Shown piece after piece: positions 44,745-57,100 of a stretch of DNA of 64,000 nucleotides. The first letter of the stretch is position 1. Every line of letters begins with the position of its first letter. A program made the translations under genes and the position numbers. Origin of the DNA: the human T2T-CHM13v2.0 reference genome, Homo sapiens; the NCBI RefSeq assembly GCF_009914755.1, contig NC_060929.1; one strand, written 5' to 3'. The notes below the pieces were generated by a model. That model ran no database searches, was not told where the DNA came from, and saw only the letters and a program-made list of their open reading frames with translations.

Positions 44745-44913
44745 TTAGGGTGGTTTCTAATACAAATGGGAGTTATTCTTACTCCTCACTTAGGGACAGG
44801 GTCTAGGGATAGGCAGGCTCCAAGATAAGCCAATATCACAGTTCTCTAAACTGCATCAGCACTTCCTTACATATTAAAGCCATCTGTTGGTAGTCGAAAC
44901 TCTCTACTTAGAG

Positions 44914-45149
44914 AGTAGTTCTCATGCTTTTGGGTCTCAGTCCCCTTTACACTATTAAATCTTATTGAAGATCCTAAAGACGTTTTATTTGATTTATACA
45001 TATTTATATTAGTTATCAAAATGGACACTTAAAATATTTAAGAATAACTATAATAAACCCATTACTTTTGAGCATACATAACAGATGCTTTATGACAAAT
45101 AACTACATTATCCAAAACAAAAATTTAGTGAGAAGAGTGACATTGTTTC

Positions 45150-45180
<31 letters not shown>

Positions 45181-46595
45181 GAGACGGAGTCTTGCTTTGT
45201 CGCCCAGGCTGGAGTGCAGTGGCGCAATCTCGGCTCACTGCAAGCTCCGCCTCCCTGGAAGCTCCGCCTCCCGGGTTCACGCCATTCATCTGCCTCAACC
45301 TCCCGAGTAGCTGGGACTACAGGCACCCACCACCACGCCCGGCTAATTTTTTTGTATTTTTAGTAGAGACGGGGTTTCACCATGTTAGCTAGGATGGTCT
45401 CCATCTCCTGACCTCGTGATCCACCCGCCTCAGCCTCCCAGGCATGAGCCACCATGCCCGGCCTGTTTGACATTTTAACAAATCTCTGTAATGTCTGGCT
45501 TACAGGAAAACAACTAGATTTTCGTATTTGTTTTTGCATTCAATCTGTCACAATCTGTTCTGTGGGAAGAAAATCTGGACTTAACCAGATATTCAGTTGG
45601 AAAAGGGAGAAGTATTTCATTAGTCTTTTCAGATAATTGAGAATATTCTTCTTTGATACTAAACTGCAGCTCAACAAGAGGTAATCTCTTAAAGGTTAGT
45701 TGCAGTGCAGAATCTGAGAACATACCAATGACTCTTTTGTCCTCTGTACATTAAAATCCGTTTGGTCTATCTTGCCCTTTAAATGGGCAAAATCCAGTAT
45801 GTGGATTTTGTAGTATTGTGCATTGGCCATTTGGAAAATATTGGATTGCTGAGTTATGCAGCTGTTCCAAATATTGACACATTTTGTTACATGATATCAA
45901 AAAATTACCATTGTTAATATTATCCATCTCCTCAGAAAAGTCTGTAAGTATGTAGAAGCTGTCACAGTCATAGTGGTGGATATAAGTTTTCCAAAATTCT
46001 AATTTTTGCTTAACAGCTCAAATTTTTATTGTTGCCAGTAAATACTGCCAGTTTTCCTTGAAGTGACAGGCTTGCTCGTTTTGGTATTGAGAAAATGTCC
46101 ACCAACCAGTTTGTCTGTCAGTCATGCTTTCAAGAATAAAGATGGTGCTCCATGAAGAAAGCAGCTGGTTCAGCTCGCAACTCAGTTACACATATGCTTT
46201 TCCTTGAGACAACCTCAAGATAGCAGAAATGCTTTCTGTGCACTTTTTGTTTTGACACAAAGCTTATTAAAATACTGTGTGAGGGCTGAGATTTAATGAA
46301 ATTGCTGTTTTTTACTGACTCAACAAGGAGATTTTTATTGAAACTGGCCTTTTCTTCTTACTGTGAGTGCATGGTGGGGAACAAGATGACCATCAGTACA
46401 TCTCAGTGCCACTGCCTTGGTTTGTTGTTAACATGGCAGCAGTTTTACCCACCAGTGCTTCTGCAAATGTTGAAAACAGTGAAAAAGGCAAATGATGTGT
46501 TAGTATTATTATGACAACAATTTCAACCTCATGGACCACCCAAAAGGGTCTCAGGGACCTGCAAGGGTCTGTGGGCCACACTTTGAGGACTCCTG
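44914..46595 (-). mobile_element. Charlie1a-type hAT DNA transposon with both ends, interrupted by AluY
   Basis: Charlie1 terminal sequences at both ends. Perfect 8-bp TSD ACTTAGAG at 44906-44913 and 46596-46603. Confidence 0.88.
45152..45463 (-). mobile_element. AluY with an internal duplication and deletion
   Basis: Poly(T) of about 29 nt, Y diagnostics, CpG-rich. Confidence 0.94.
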
Positions 46596-47384
46596 ACTTA
46601 GAGGATATGACCTCCCTTAGGTGATTTGCCGCAGTCTTGTAGTCATTTTTCTCTCTCAGGTCTTTCGATGCTGAACACGGGAGAGACTGAGGTCTCAGGA
46701 TGGCTGGAAAAGTTGGGATCCTTCACCACAAGGCACCAGATGCTGAACGATCTGTAAGAGAAGTTAGAATGGGCCTTGCAAACGTATGTCTCTAGGTTAA
46801 AGGTGAAGGTTACTGGGGCTACCTGATTTCTCTATCTCTTTTGGAATGTTCAGCGGTTATCACTATGTTCTGCATGTGGGAAAGGGATTATTTTATCTTT
46901 CCTTCTCCCTTTCCTTTGTATATGCCTGGTTCAGAATAATCAGTTTTTGATCCTTGAGTGAAGAGTTTTTATCTGAGAACTGTGACATAAAGAAACTCTC
47001 CAGATATCTCCTTGTCTTCCCTTAAGTTACCTGCAGTCCCCAGTGGGGTGGGGTGTTTCAAGGGGAATCCTGGTATAATAACTATCAGTGTGCAATCAGT
47101 CTATTTAATTTCTTAAAGACTAGTGCCAGAGTTCAGAGGAAGGAGCCTCCCTGGCAGCCAGGGCCCTCCCTGGAGGTGGTGTTCTGGAGCTGAGCATGAA
47201 AGAGGACTGGGTGAAGGGACAGCTTGGCTGGGAGAATGGCTGGGCTTATGCTTGGCTGGCAATGAGTTGTTAACTGCCATATTGTCTTCAGGCAGCTGAG
47301 GTCATAAAAAGGAAGAGAAAGGCTTTTGCCAAGTAGGAGACACGTAGGTCGCTTGCCTTCTTTGAAGAGTTTGTATACCAGCTG

Positions 47385-47570
47385 TCACATTTACTAGCTC
47401 TGTAACCTTGGGTAACTTTCTCCAACATTTTATGCCACAGTTTTCTTGTCTATACGATGGGAATTATGTTTACCTTATAGAGTTGTAAGGATTAAATTAG
47501 CACATGTAACAAGAATGTTTAGGAGCAGTGCTGGCATGGAGTAAGTAGTCAATAAAATATAAACATCATT
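47385..47570 (+). mobile_element. MIR
   Basis: tttactagctctgtaaccttgggtaac...gttgtaaggattaaatta...gtaagtagtcaataaa. Confidence 0.7.
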
Positions 47571-47599
47571 ATTATTGTTATTTTTATTATTATATCACT

Positions 47600-48060
47600 T
47601 TATTGAATCCTTTCATAAACCAAAGTAACAGAGGTGATTACCTCTATTAAGGCATAATTTTCAGAAAGATAAAATCATGAGTCTTATGCAAATATAAAGT
47701 GAATACACATCAAAGATTTTATTTACCTCATTAATGAAAGAACCATGAAGATGTTAATGATACATCAGAGAGCATTTGAAAGGGGAGGGAGCTTGTAGGC
47801 AATGTTGAGATGATATTGCTGGGTAAGACACAAAACTGAGTAATGTTCAATGAAGCCCTAAACCATCATCTTTATGGTTATATCTGTCACCAAATAAAAA
47901 TTATTTGCATTTCTACTGGACAAAAACATGCGATTTAAACTCTGCGCCTACAGAGTTGAAAGATATCCCAGACAATAGAAAAACAAACTCAGTACCATAA
48001 TGAAAGAACTCCTGGTAATCCCTTCTGCTTATTTTGAAATTTTGGATAAATTTTCTGATA
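47600..48060 (-). mobile_element. Possible old ERV1 LTR (LTR37-like)
   Basis: aaagattttatttacctcattaatgaaagaacc..aagatgtta motif, recalled from memory. Confidence 0.35.
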
Positions 48061-49088
48061 ATGCCAAACTATGTATGGGGAAACTGAGTCTCAAAAAGGT
48101 GAAATAACTTGTGCAAACTTATACGGCTAGAAATGCCAGAGCCAGAATTCCAACGCCCATATATCCATGTTTTTTCACTAAATTAGTTACCTCCACTCAA
48201 GTAAAACTCACTCTTTAAGGAGATCACTAGAAAGTGGAGACCTGAAATTTCAAGTCTTCTCTGAGGGAGGTGGGAGGGCACAGGGAAGAGTTCAAACAAA
48301 ACAAAATAGCAAAACTTCAGGATTCCCAGGACACAACAGTGTTGTCAATCTGCCCACCGTTAGCAAAATCGTGTTTTCTCTTCCCTCTCCTGCTTTTTAA
48401 AATTTACCATGAGATGAAATAAATTTTAGGGCAGTGCGATAGCCAAGTATGTGTGATATCACTTATAGGTTCAATTGTTATTCCTGGATTGGCAGAAAGT
48501 AAGTTTGTTACTAATTTAATAACTCAATATAAACTTCTGCTTACACTCAGTACAATTACTTTCAAATGGTAGTGAAATATTTTATTGTATTTAGATAAAA
48601 GATTTTCTAATATTTATGAGTGCCCCTTTCCTGGGTTATTCTTAGCAAGAATAAAATTAAACTTTTTAACATAAGTTTGAAGTAGAGGCAGTTGGTTGCT
48701 TTGAATTCTTTTTTAACTTTGTCAGAATTTGTCAAAACATGATCTAAAGCAAAAATGCATGGAGTAGGTGAACCGGAGTATGTTTATTTATAAACAGAAA
48801 CTTGAGCCAAATGCAGCAGTAAATGAAAAACTGCAACAAATCACATTAATTTGTTTTTAAAAATAAAGCAAAACAAGTAGGATTTTTAAAACTCCCCAAA
48901 GTAACGAACCAGTTTAAACCAGATCTGAGTAATATTGGGATGAAAAACTTTTCATCTTAGTAATTGGTGCCAGAAAATATCTTAAAAAGAGCATTGTCTT
49001 AATTTAGGGAAACCTTTGTAATCCACTTAGGGGAGAAAGATGAGGCCCCGGTAGTGTGTACTGGAGGAATGTGATCCTCACATGACCT

Positions 49089-49649
49089 TGAAGGGAAGGA
49101 AAAATAACTCTCTCTCTACCCTTCTGAGTTCTTAGCTGGGACAGACCCCTGCAGCAAAAGACAGATTAACAAGAGAAAGACAAACAGAAGTGCATTAACA
49201 TGTATATTTCATATACACATGGGAGATACCTGAGGAATGAGTAATTCTCAAGGATGTGGCTTAGACCTCTGGCTTATATGGCACCTTCAACAAAAAACAG
49301 TATGTTTTTAGAGAAGTGTTAAGACAAAGGAAAAAGACTTTGAGTCTCTAGGGGCAGCAAATTGTGGGAAGGCGCATATGTGGGAGTTAGCCAAGTTTGT
49401 TATGCAGATTCCTCTGGTGCTGTGCACAGGCTGAAAAGGGTCTAATGTTGAATCAGTGGTCAACTTTTCTCCTTCCTGGTAGTGAGGGAGGAGGACACCT
49501 TTCCTTTGTAAATTTGTGTCCTCCTTGTAGGCAAATGGAAGAGGGCAGAGAGCTTTTCTTATATCTACTTCTTCCCAATTGCCTTCAGGTCAAAATAATC
49601 CTTATGCCAAAGAGGCATATTTTGGGATGGCATATTCTTGTCTCCTACA
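49089..49649 (-). mobile_element. MER39/MER34-group ERV1 LTR
   Basis: Reverse complement begins TGTAGGAGACAAGAATATGCCATCCCAAAATATGCCTCTTTGGCATAAGG. Confidence 0.8.
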
Positions 49650-49764
49650 GTAGATGTCTGTGTGATGGAGTGGGTGAGGCTGGACCGTGTCAGAGGAGGT
49701 TGGAGCCTGTGGGACAGGGTGGAGCAAGAGGCCTTGCTAGTGGAAGAGGGGGCAAGCCCTTTCA

Positions 49765-49938
49765 TTTTATTAAAAAAATTTTTTTTATTTCATTAGCTTT
49801 AGGGGTACAAGTGGTTTTTGGTTACATGGATGAATCATACAGTGGTGAAGTCTGGGATTTTTGTGTATTGTCACCTGCGTAGTGTACCTTTTACTTCAAT
49901 AGGTAGTTTTTCGTCTCTTACTCCTCTCCCACCCTCCC
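49765..49938 (-). mobile_element. Short 3' fragment of an older primate L1 (L1PB/L1PA16-like)
   Basis: ggggtacaagtggtttttggttacatggatgaa...agtggtgaagtctgggattt. Flanking repeat GCAAGCCCT at 49752-49760 and 49940-49948. Confidence 0.75.
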
Positions 49939-51918
49939 AGCAAGCCCTCTGAGAACAGGGATCTTTCATAGCCATTCTAAAATTGTTTATTGTTTACTTT
50001 GCCACATTGCAAACCCTTCTGATTCCTTATGCTGCTAATGACTTGGGAGAGTATTGTTTTTTATTTTGTTTTGGTTGGTGGTGGCAAAGTTGCTGGAGAA
50101 ATTCAAGGGAAAATGATTAACTCCACGAGTCATTCCAAGAGAACAACTTGAGAGGGAGGACCATGAGAGGCAGAGAGTCTCCAAGGAACATACCTTTAGA
50201 GCTGGTAGTGACCTTGGCAGTGCTGACCCCTGGAGGGTAGGATGTGTGGGACAAGGACCTCAACTTAAAGTTTTTAAATAACAAACAACAGGATAATGTT
50301 CCTTGGCATGTGACTTATGCAATGAATAAAACAAAGACAGGACATTTAAAGATTCTCTGGACCAGACTCCATTTCCCCGATTTCCATCACCTGCTGGCCC
50401 ATCAAGGACTGGGTTGATGAAGCTTTTGCTAAGAGGCTTCAACCCTGATCTGAGTTGTCTGTAATTAGGTGTTCCTTGAATTTGATTTCCTAGAATATGG
50501 TAGCTCTGGACTAATGACTACAAATCTGTTATGGCTTAGTGCTTCTCTTTCTGTTATTAAGTAATGATGGAACAGCTGTGCACATATAGAGACTGTTCTA
50601 GATGCAGGAGAAGATGCCTCCTGCCCTGTGAGCCGGCAAAAAGGAGGCCACAGCCATAAGGCTCGGACTGATGGGCCACTCAATAGTCCACAACCACTGG
50701 AAGGAACATCAGGAGAAAATCTGTGGTGCGGAGGGGGTTAAATTCACTGAAGATCTGTTTTCCCTCAAGGAACCTTAAGGTTCTGGTTGAGAAGTCAGCT
50801 TTCTTTCTGGTCAGATAGCACTCTTTTCTAATTCTCAATATAAATTGCTCTTTTCCCCTTCTTGTAGCTTGTGGTTGAAAACCTGTAATTAATTTACAGA
50901 AGCATGTTTCCTGCAATTATAAGAGCAATTGCTCAGTGGAGGTGGGCAAAAAACGTGGCTGTGCTGTGCTTGGAAGTGAGGTATATTTTGCGAGTAAGTT
51001 ATTAATCAAGTGCGGAAGTGAATAATTTCCTCGTAATATCCACTATCCCAGCTTCTCTGAGTGTCTTCATCTTCAAGATCCTAAGGCATTCTCAGCAATT
51101 GCCCCTGTGCCCAGAGAAATGGAAGGAGAAAAGCAGACCCCACCACCACTCCACTCGCTCTGGCTTTGCAATTCCTTGGATCATTGAGCTGCTTTGTGCC
51201 GGAGTTGTTTCAGCTGGAGAATCACCCTGACATTCCTGAACTGAAGCTGAGCCTGGTACTCCCCAAACTTGTGCCTCAGGGGTTTAGTGAACACCCCACT
51301 GACCTCCAAATTTCCCTTTACTTAGCTTCTGATTCTTTCCAGCCTCGGGGGCCTGGCGTGCCTTCAGGCAGCAGAAACACTGCTCTTTGCCTGTCTGTGC
51401 AGCAGCAGAGGGGCTGAAGGGCTGCATTTTCCTCTCTGCCCTCCCTCTGAAGCGGGCCTAGCTGAATTTTAACATTTTCACCCGCTTCTTTCTTTGGGTC
51501 TGGCCTTTTTTTTACTGTACGTCAGGCCAAAACTGTCTATTGTCTCTTTAGGATCTATCTAAAGGTTTTTTTCTAACATACATCATTTGATTTGGTCCCG
51601 TGGGGTCCCTGATGTGAAAGATATGTCAACAGTCCATTCGTTCTGGGGGCATTGAAAGTGTCCATTTCTCTGACAAATTGTGCTTGCTTTTCCCTCTGAG
51701 CAGCCGCTTCCTGGAAGAAAGCACCTTCTGCCAGAGCCACATTCACTCAGGCCCAGCTGATGCATGGCTGTCCTCAGGCTGGCCTCTAGAGGCACACCTC
51801 GGCACCAGGGCTGAGCCCCAGTGGCTAAACCCACACGTGTTCCCTCATGCACGGCACAGGCTGAATCTGTCACCTGGAAATGCTCCAGCAGCACTTGAGG
51901 TTTTCTATACTATGTGCG

Positions 51919-52322
51919 TGTGTTAGTTTCCTCTTACTGACATAACAAATGACCACAGACTTGCTGGTTTCAAACAATAGAAATTTATTGTTCTGCGGTT
52001 CATTAGCTCAAAAGTCCAAAGTCAATTTTACTCGGCTAAGGTCAAGGTATTGGCAGGGCTAGTTCCTCCCTTTCTGGGTTCTGGAGGTTGCCTTGATAGT
52101 TCTTGGTTCATGACCCCTTCTTTACATTGTTCCAATCTCTTGCTTCTGTTGCACCTGCTCCTACTTCAATGTCAAATCTCCCTCTGACAGTCTATTGGGG
52201 TGACATCTGGGGCCCACAGAATAATCCAGGATATTCTCCCTACCGCAATATCCTTAATAACACCTGCACATTCCCTTTGAGGATGTGGACATCTTTGGGG
52301 GCTGTTATTCAGCCTAGTGTAT
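51919..52322 (-). mobile_element. MaLR LTR (MLT1B/C/D-like)
   Basis: tgtgttagtttcct...taacaaatgaccacagactt...aaacaatagaaatttatt...gggcccacagaataatccagga. Confidence 0.75.
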
Positions 52323-53029
52323 CATGTTTGAAAGTAAGGACAGTGACACTTCTCTTTTGAGCTTGCCCAGTCTGGCTGTTAAGAACCTCACTTTCTTTCA
52401 AAAGAATTCCTCTCTTCAGCTTCCTCCCCACATCTTTGTTAATTTGTTCTTGCTTCACACTGCTCTATTGTGACTACAAAATCCTAGTTCCGTGAGTCTG
52501 TGGACAAACTTTATCCCCTAGATGGGTTAGGCTGGGCAATGGCCATTTACATTTTTCTATAACATAACTGTTGCTACAGTTTGAACTCAAGAAAAAAAAA
52601 ATCCGTTTGTTTTCTGACTAGTGTTCAGCTCTCCCAACATTTCTCACTGGAGATTTGCTTGTGCTTGCCCTGGCTTCATAGGCTTCAGTTCCAACTGGGG
52701 AAAAGCCTGTTAGGTGTGGAGAATGGTACAAGAAAACTGCTCATCCAGTAATGCTGACATTGGTGACAGCATTTGTGGTAGTGCCAGTTTGCATCACACT
52801 GCAATTTTCTCCAGTAGGGCTTAGTTGCTTGGGTGTAGATAACAAGAAGGTAGATAGCAGCACTGATCAGGGTTGAGGTTTTGCCAAGCGGGTGGGGTAG
52901 AAGGACAAAGAAAAAGGACAACTGATTTGCTAGGGAGAGTATTGTTTTACCCTGGCTGGGTGGAAACATTTATTTAATAAATTTATATAATGACTGCATG
53001 ATAATAAAAAGCTTTGTATTTGATTTCTC

Positions 53030-53200
53030 ACAGAAGCTACCTGATAGGGTTGCTATCCTCATTTTAGACAGGGGGAAAGTGAGACGCACAGAGGTTAAAT
53101 AACTTGCTCCAAGCCACATAGCTAGTAAGTGGCAGAGCTTAGATGCAACCCCAGGGAGTTTGGTTACAAGAAATTTCTTCCTTACTCTTCCACTGTGCTG
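53030..53200 (-). mobile_element. MIR
   Basis: cctcattttagacagggggaaagtgagacgcacagaggttaaataacttgctccaagccacatagctagtaagtggcagagc. Confidence 0.8.
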
Positions 53201-53734
53201 TAAGTGCAAGAATTAGGTCAATGGACTGGAAGGAAAGAGAAGTCTCCAGGGACAAGCGTCTGTAAAGTCTAGGACATTTTAGGGAGCATGGACATGGAGT
53301 GGGCTGAAGATTTGATATGAGGCTTGGAGTATTTTGGGATTATGACAAATTCTAGAAGGCAGTTGTGGATGTGGGTAGCTGAAATGAAAGGATTTAAAGG
53401 TCATTGAAATTCAGGGGTCTGGAAAGTCTGAGGCCAGGTGTTGGCTGTGACACAGAGCACTGAGGTCATCTATAATAGAAGAGTGGAAGGACTTAGGGTA
53501 GAGAGGAAGAGAGGAAACCAGATGCCAGAGTCTGGCAAATGAAGGGGAAGAACTAGGAGGTCAGTAGGCAATGATGAGCAGGAGAAGATGGCGCTTCAAA
53601 GAAGGTGGGCATGTTATAAGCGTAATTGGAAATATCATTGATGAACAAGAACAATGCAATACCTCCATTTGATTCTGAAGTTACCTGGGCCATAGGAGAA
53701 GGAGCAGCCTCTCAGGGGGATGCTGTAAGTAGAA

Positions 53735-54149
53735 CTGAATTTTAAATTTTAATTAATTTAAATTTTAAAATGGATACTGATTTGGTTATTGGAAAACGTT
53801 TAAGCATATTTGGAACAACTTGTGTATTGGAATTTACTTTTCGATTGTAAAGTTTATGAAACCTAGATACCACCCAAGGACTTCTAATGAAAATATAAGC
53901 ATTCAAATTGAGATGTCCCAGCAGTGTAAAATATACACCGGATTCCAAAGAGGTAGTAGAAGAAAAGAAGGTAAAATATTTCATTCATAATTTTCTTGTC
54001 TTGATTACATATTGATGTTTGGGTATATTGAGTTAGAGAAGACGTTATTAAAGTTACTCCCACCCATTTCTTTTTACTTTTTAAATGTGGCTACTAGAAA
54101 ATTTAAACTTACAGATGGGGCTTACGTCGTATTTCTATTGGGCAGTGCT
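53735..54149. mobile_element. MER33/Charlie5-type hAT fragment within old L2-like sequence
   Basis: tttttactttttaaatgtggctactagaaaatttaaa...tttctattgggcagtgct terminus, with a trace of the hAT C-terminal motif (tttggaacaact...). Confidence 0.7.
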
Positions 54150-57100
54150 ATTGAGACCAAGGAAGACAGTGATGGGCACTGTACTGGAACTGGCCGCCTT
54201 GAGGTCTGAAGTGGAACTTCGTGTCATCATGAGGAAGAGAGAGCCCATGCACGCTGCAGCAGTGTCTATGATGGCAGTGTTTCAGGTGTCATGAAGTCTA
54301 GACATAGCGGCAGATGCGTGATGGAGTAGCTGGAATCAGGAGAAGTTATGGACATTTTGTTTACGGGAGTCATTCATATATGCTAATTGCCCATCTTCTA
54401 AGTAGAGAAGTATTTGAGAAAACTACTGGAAACAAAACTAAAGGAGTGACTTAGATAATTGGGGAGAGGAAGGATCCAACTCATGAAGGAAGAGGAAGGA
54501 GAGAGTAGCAGAGTGAGTGAGGGTTTTAGGTGTGCTCAGGTGTGTCAAAGTCCCTTGTACCAATCTTGGAAGATGCCAAAGTTTGAAAAGACAGACAATA
54601 CTGTCAAAGATTAGAGAAAGTCATTAGTAGGCTAGACAGTCACACAAAGGGTAAGAACATAGGTTATTAAAGATGAGAGCTAGAGGCATCCTTTCAGCTC
54701 TGGAAAAAGTATTACTCTTAAAAATGAGAATAGAAATTCTTGGCTTCCGCTAAGTGAAACAATTCTTATCATGGATAGCCTCTAGAGGTAGCATAGACCT
54801 CACCTTTTCTAACAGTATTTCCCTCTGGATAGATAGCAGTGTTGGTAAGAACTTTGAAGGTCAGCTTGTGTATATGAATCTCAAGATAAATTGCTCTGAT
54901 GAATACTTGGGTATATATGTATGCATCTCACTCTCACCTATCTTCCATCGCCTGCCATCTTCCACTTCATGGCATAACATGATTGACATAATGAAGGCTT
55001 GTCAGTTTATTGCCCTCCCTGTGCAGCCAAATGCCTAATACGAGGCCACCAAAAGACGGTGGCTATCATGGAGGCTCAAAAGTGGCTAATTTTATATTGT
55101 CATTCGCAAGGAATGATGCAAGGATGCCCTGAGGTGAACTGTGTTAGCTTTGGGACTTTTCTGGCCTTAAGTTCCCTGTTCTGCTCCCCAATCAAACTTT
55201 ATCTTTCTCTGGAGGAATGCTTTTAGGTAATGAGACAAAATAATTTGCTTTATGTGGCCGTGCTATTTGTCAACATCTTCTAGTAGCATTAAACACAATG
55301 CTCTATCATTCCTGCTTTCAGAAAGAGGGCTTCTAGGACTCACCTCAATCAGGTGCTCAAAAGAGAGGGTTTCCATCTTGTTGGTGGTTGGAGTCAGGTG
55401 AAGATGTTTCTGGTCAGGCCATCTCTTAGCCATGCCTATCAACTCAGAATGACATGAGAACTCCCTCCCAGCTGCTCCTGCAGATCCAAATGCCCCCTAA
55501 GATAGCCCTGATTAGGAACAAGAGAAGCAGAAGGAGCAAAGGCCATGAGATCGGAGTCCCAAACCTTTTCCATTTATAAGCATCTCTGTGGACTGCATCA
55601 GCTGTCTGGCTGCCCCATTCTTTGGCACCTCATTATGTGGAATCAGAAGACACAGAACCCCAGTGGATAATTGCTTTGAGATAACATCTGTTGGCAATGA
55701 CTTTGGTTCAGGCAGAGCTTAGCTTCTACATTATTAGTCTTTCTTCTTAGTACATTTTTAGGCTACAAACAAATTTCCCTTGACAGTCAAACAAAATTGA
55801 GGAACAGAGACTTTCTAAAGCCCTATTGATTAGCATATATTGCTTTTTAAAAATTTTCAGCCCTTTAGTGTATATTAAAGTGATTCATCCTAGTGCAGGT
55901 TGAGGGGGAACCAAGCTTTCTATGTTTACTCTATGTCCTGGGAACTTGTCTGTAATAGATCTGCACAGGGAAAAGGAACAGGACCAAGCACAGTGCTGGC
56001 AAACTGGCAGGCTTGAGATGCAGCCACCACTTAAAGTTGACTGCCATGTAAGTGCTCTTTCCAACCCAGTGACAACACACATGGAAGAGGGTTGAGAAAG
56101 ATTTGTTCTGGCTCATCTGCTGACTCCCAAGGAGATTCACTAGATAGTTCCAAAGGAATTTATCCTGTTCTAAAAATTCTCCTGAAACGAAACCTCAAGA
56201 CTTCCTTGATTAATCCATATTCAGCCTGTCAGGGAATTCTCTATGTGCTACTTTGCCTGAATTGTGTATGTGCTATTTTCTGTCTGTTTCCTCCAGCTTC
56301 GGCTTCAGTGATGTAAGTTTCCTGAGGGTAGCACTTGGTAAAGGAAAATGAGTTTTAAATGACTTATGTTTTCAAAAAGCCAAGGATGAGATTTTTTCTG
56401 TGATGTGGGAGGCAACTTCATTCTCCCCCATCATCTACATATTCTGTATCTTTTACATTTATGTTGAGGTAAAGCCTATGTTAAAAGTCTTGAACTGAAG
56501 ATGTATTGCTCTGATACATATGGGGATATGTATGTGCCATGGATATGTATGTATGCATCTCTCTGTCACCTGTCTCCCATCTCCCACCATCTTCTACCTT
56601 CATGTCTTCTTCTCCCAAGAGCCTTTGCTAAATTTTATACAAAGTAATAGAAGAGTGAGCTAACTGCATCAGTATCTTGGCATTGTTGGGTTAGAACTAC
56701 CATAAAGCTTGATACAGAATATTTAACTCCAAAGATATCTTACCAATAGCCCTATAATCACTCTTTAAATAAACATGAGCAGTGTAATTTTTTAAAGTAT
56801 TGCTTAGAAAGATAAGTGATTTTATCTTTCAGATTTGAAACTTTGATGGAACTGTACTCTATTTTAAGAAACTTGAAACTATCCTCTTCAGCTGAAGTTT
56901 ATGGTCTCGCCTGACACAGAGGATGTATTAAAACCCCAAAGCCCTCTGGGTATGTCCTGACTTTATGGCCTTGTGAGGTGGCATGTTTGGCAGATAATAA
57001 TGTCCTACACTAGGGGCTTGGTTGAGAGAATAAAAGATAAATAGAATTTAGAGATTTCCACAGTCAAGGACTATTTAGTGGAGAGGATAAAACAAAAATA

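Noticed and set aside
49397-49882. 161-aa ORF
   Set aside because: It spans antisense LTR and L1 fragments and has no ATG start, so it is a chance ORF
53738-53772. AT-rich palindrome
   Set aside because: It is an intrinsic part of the MER33/Charlie5-type element
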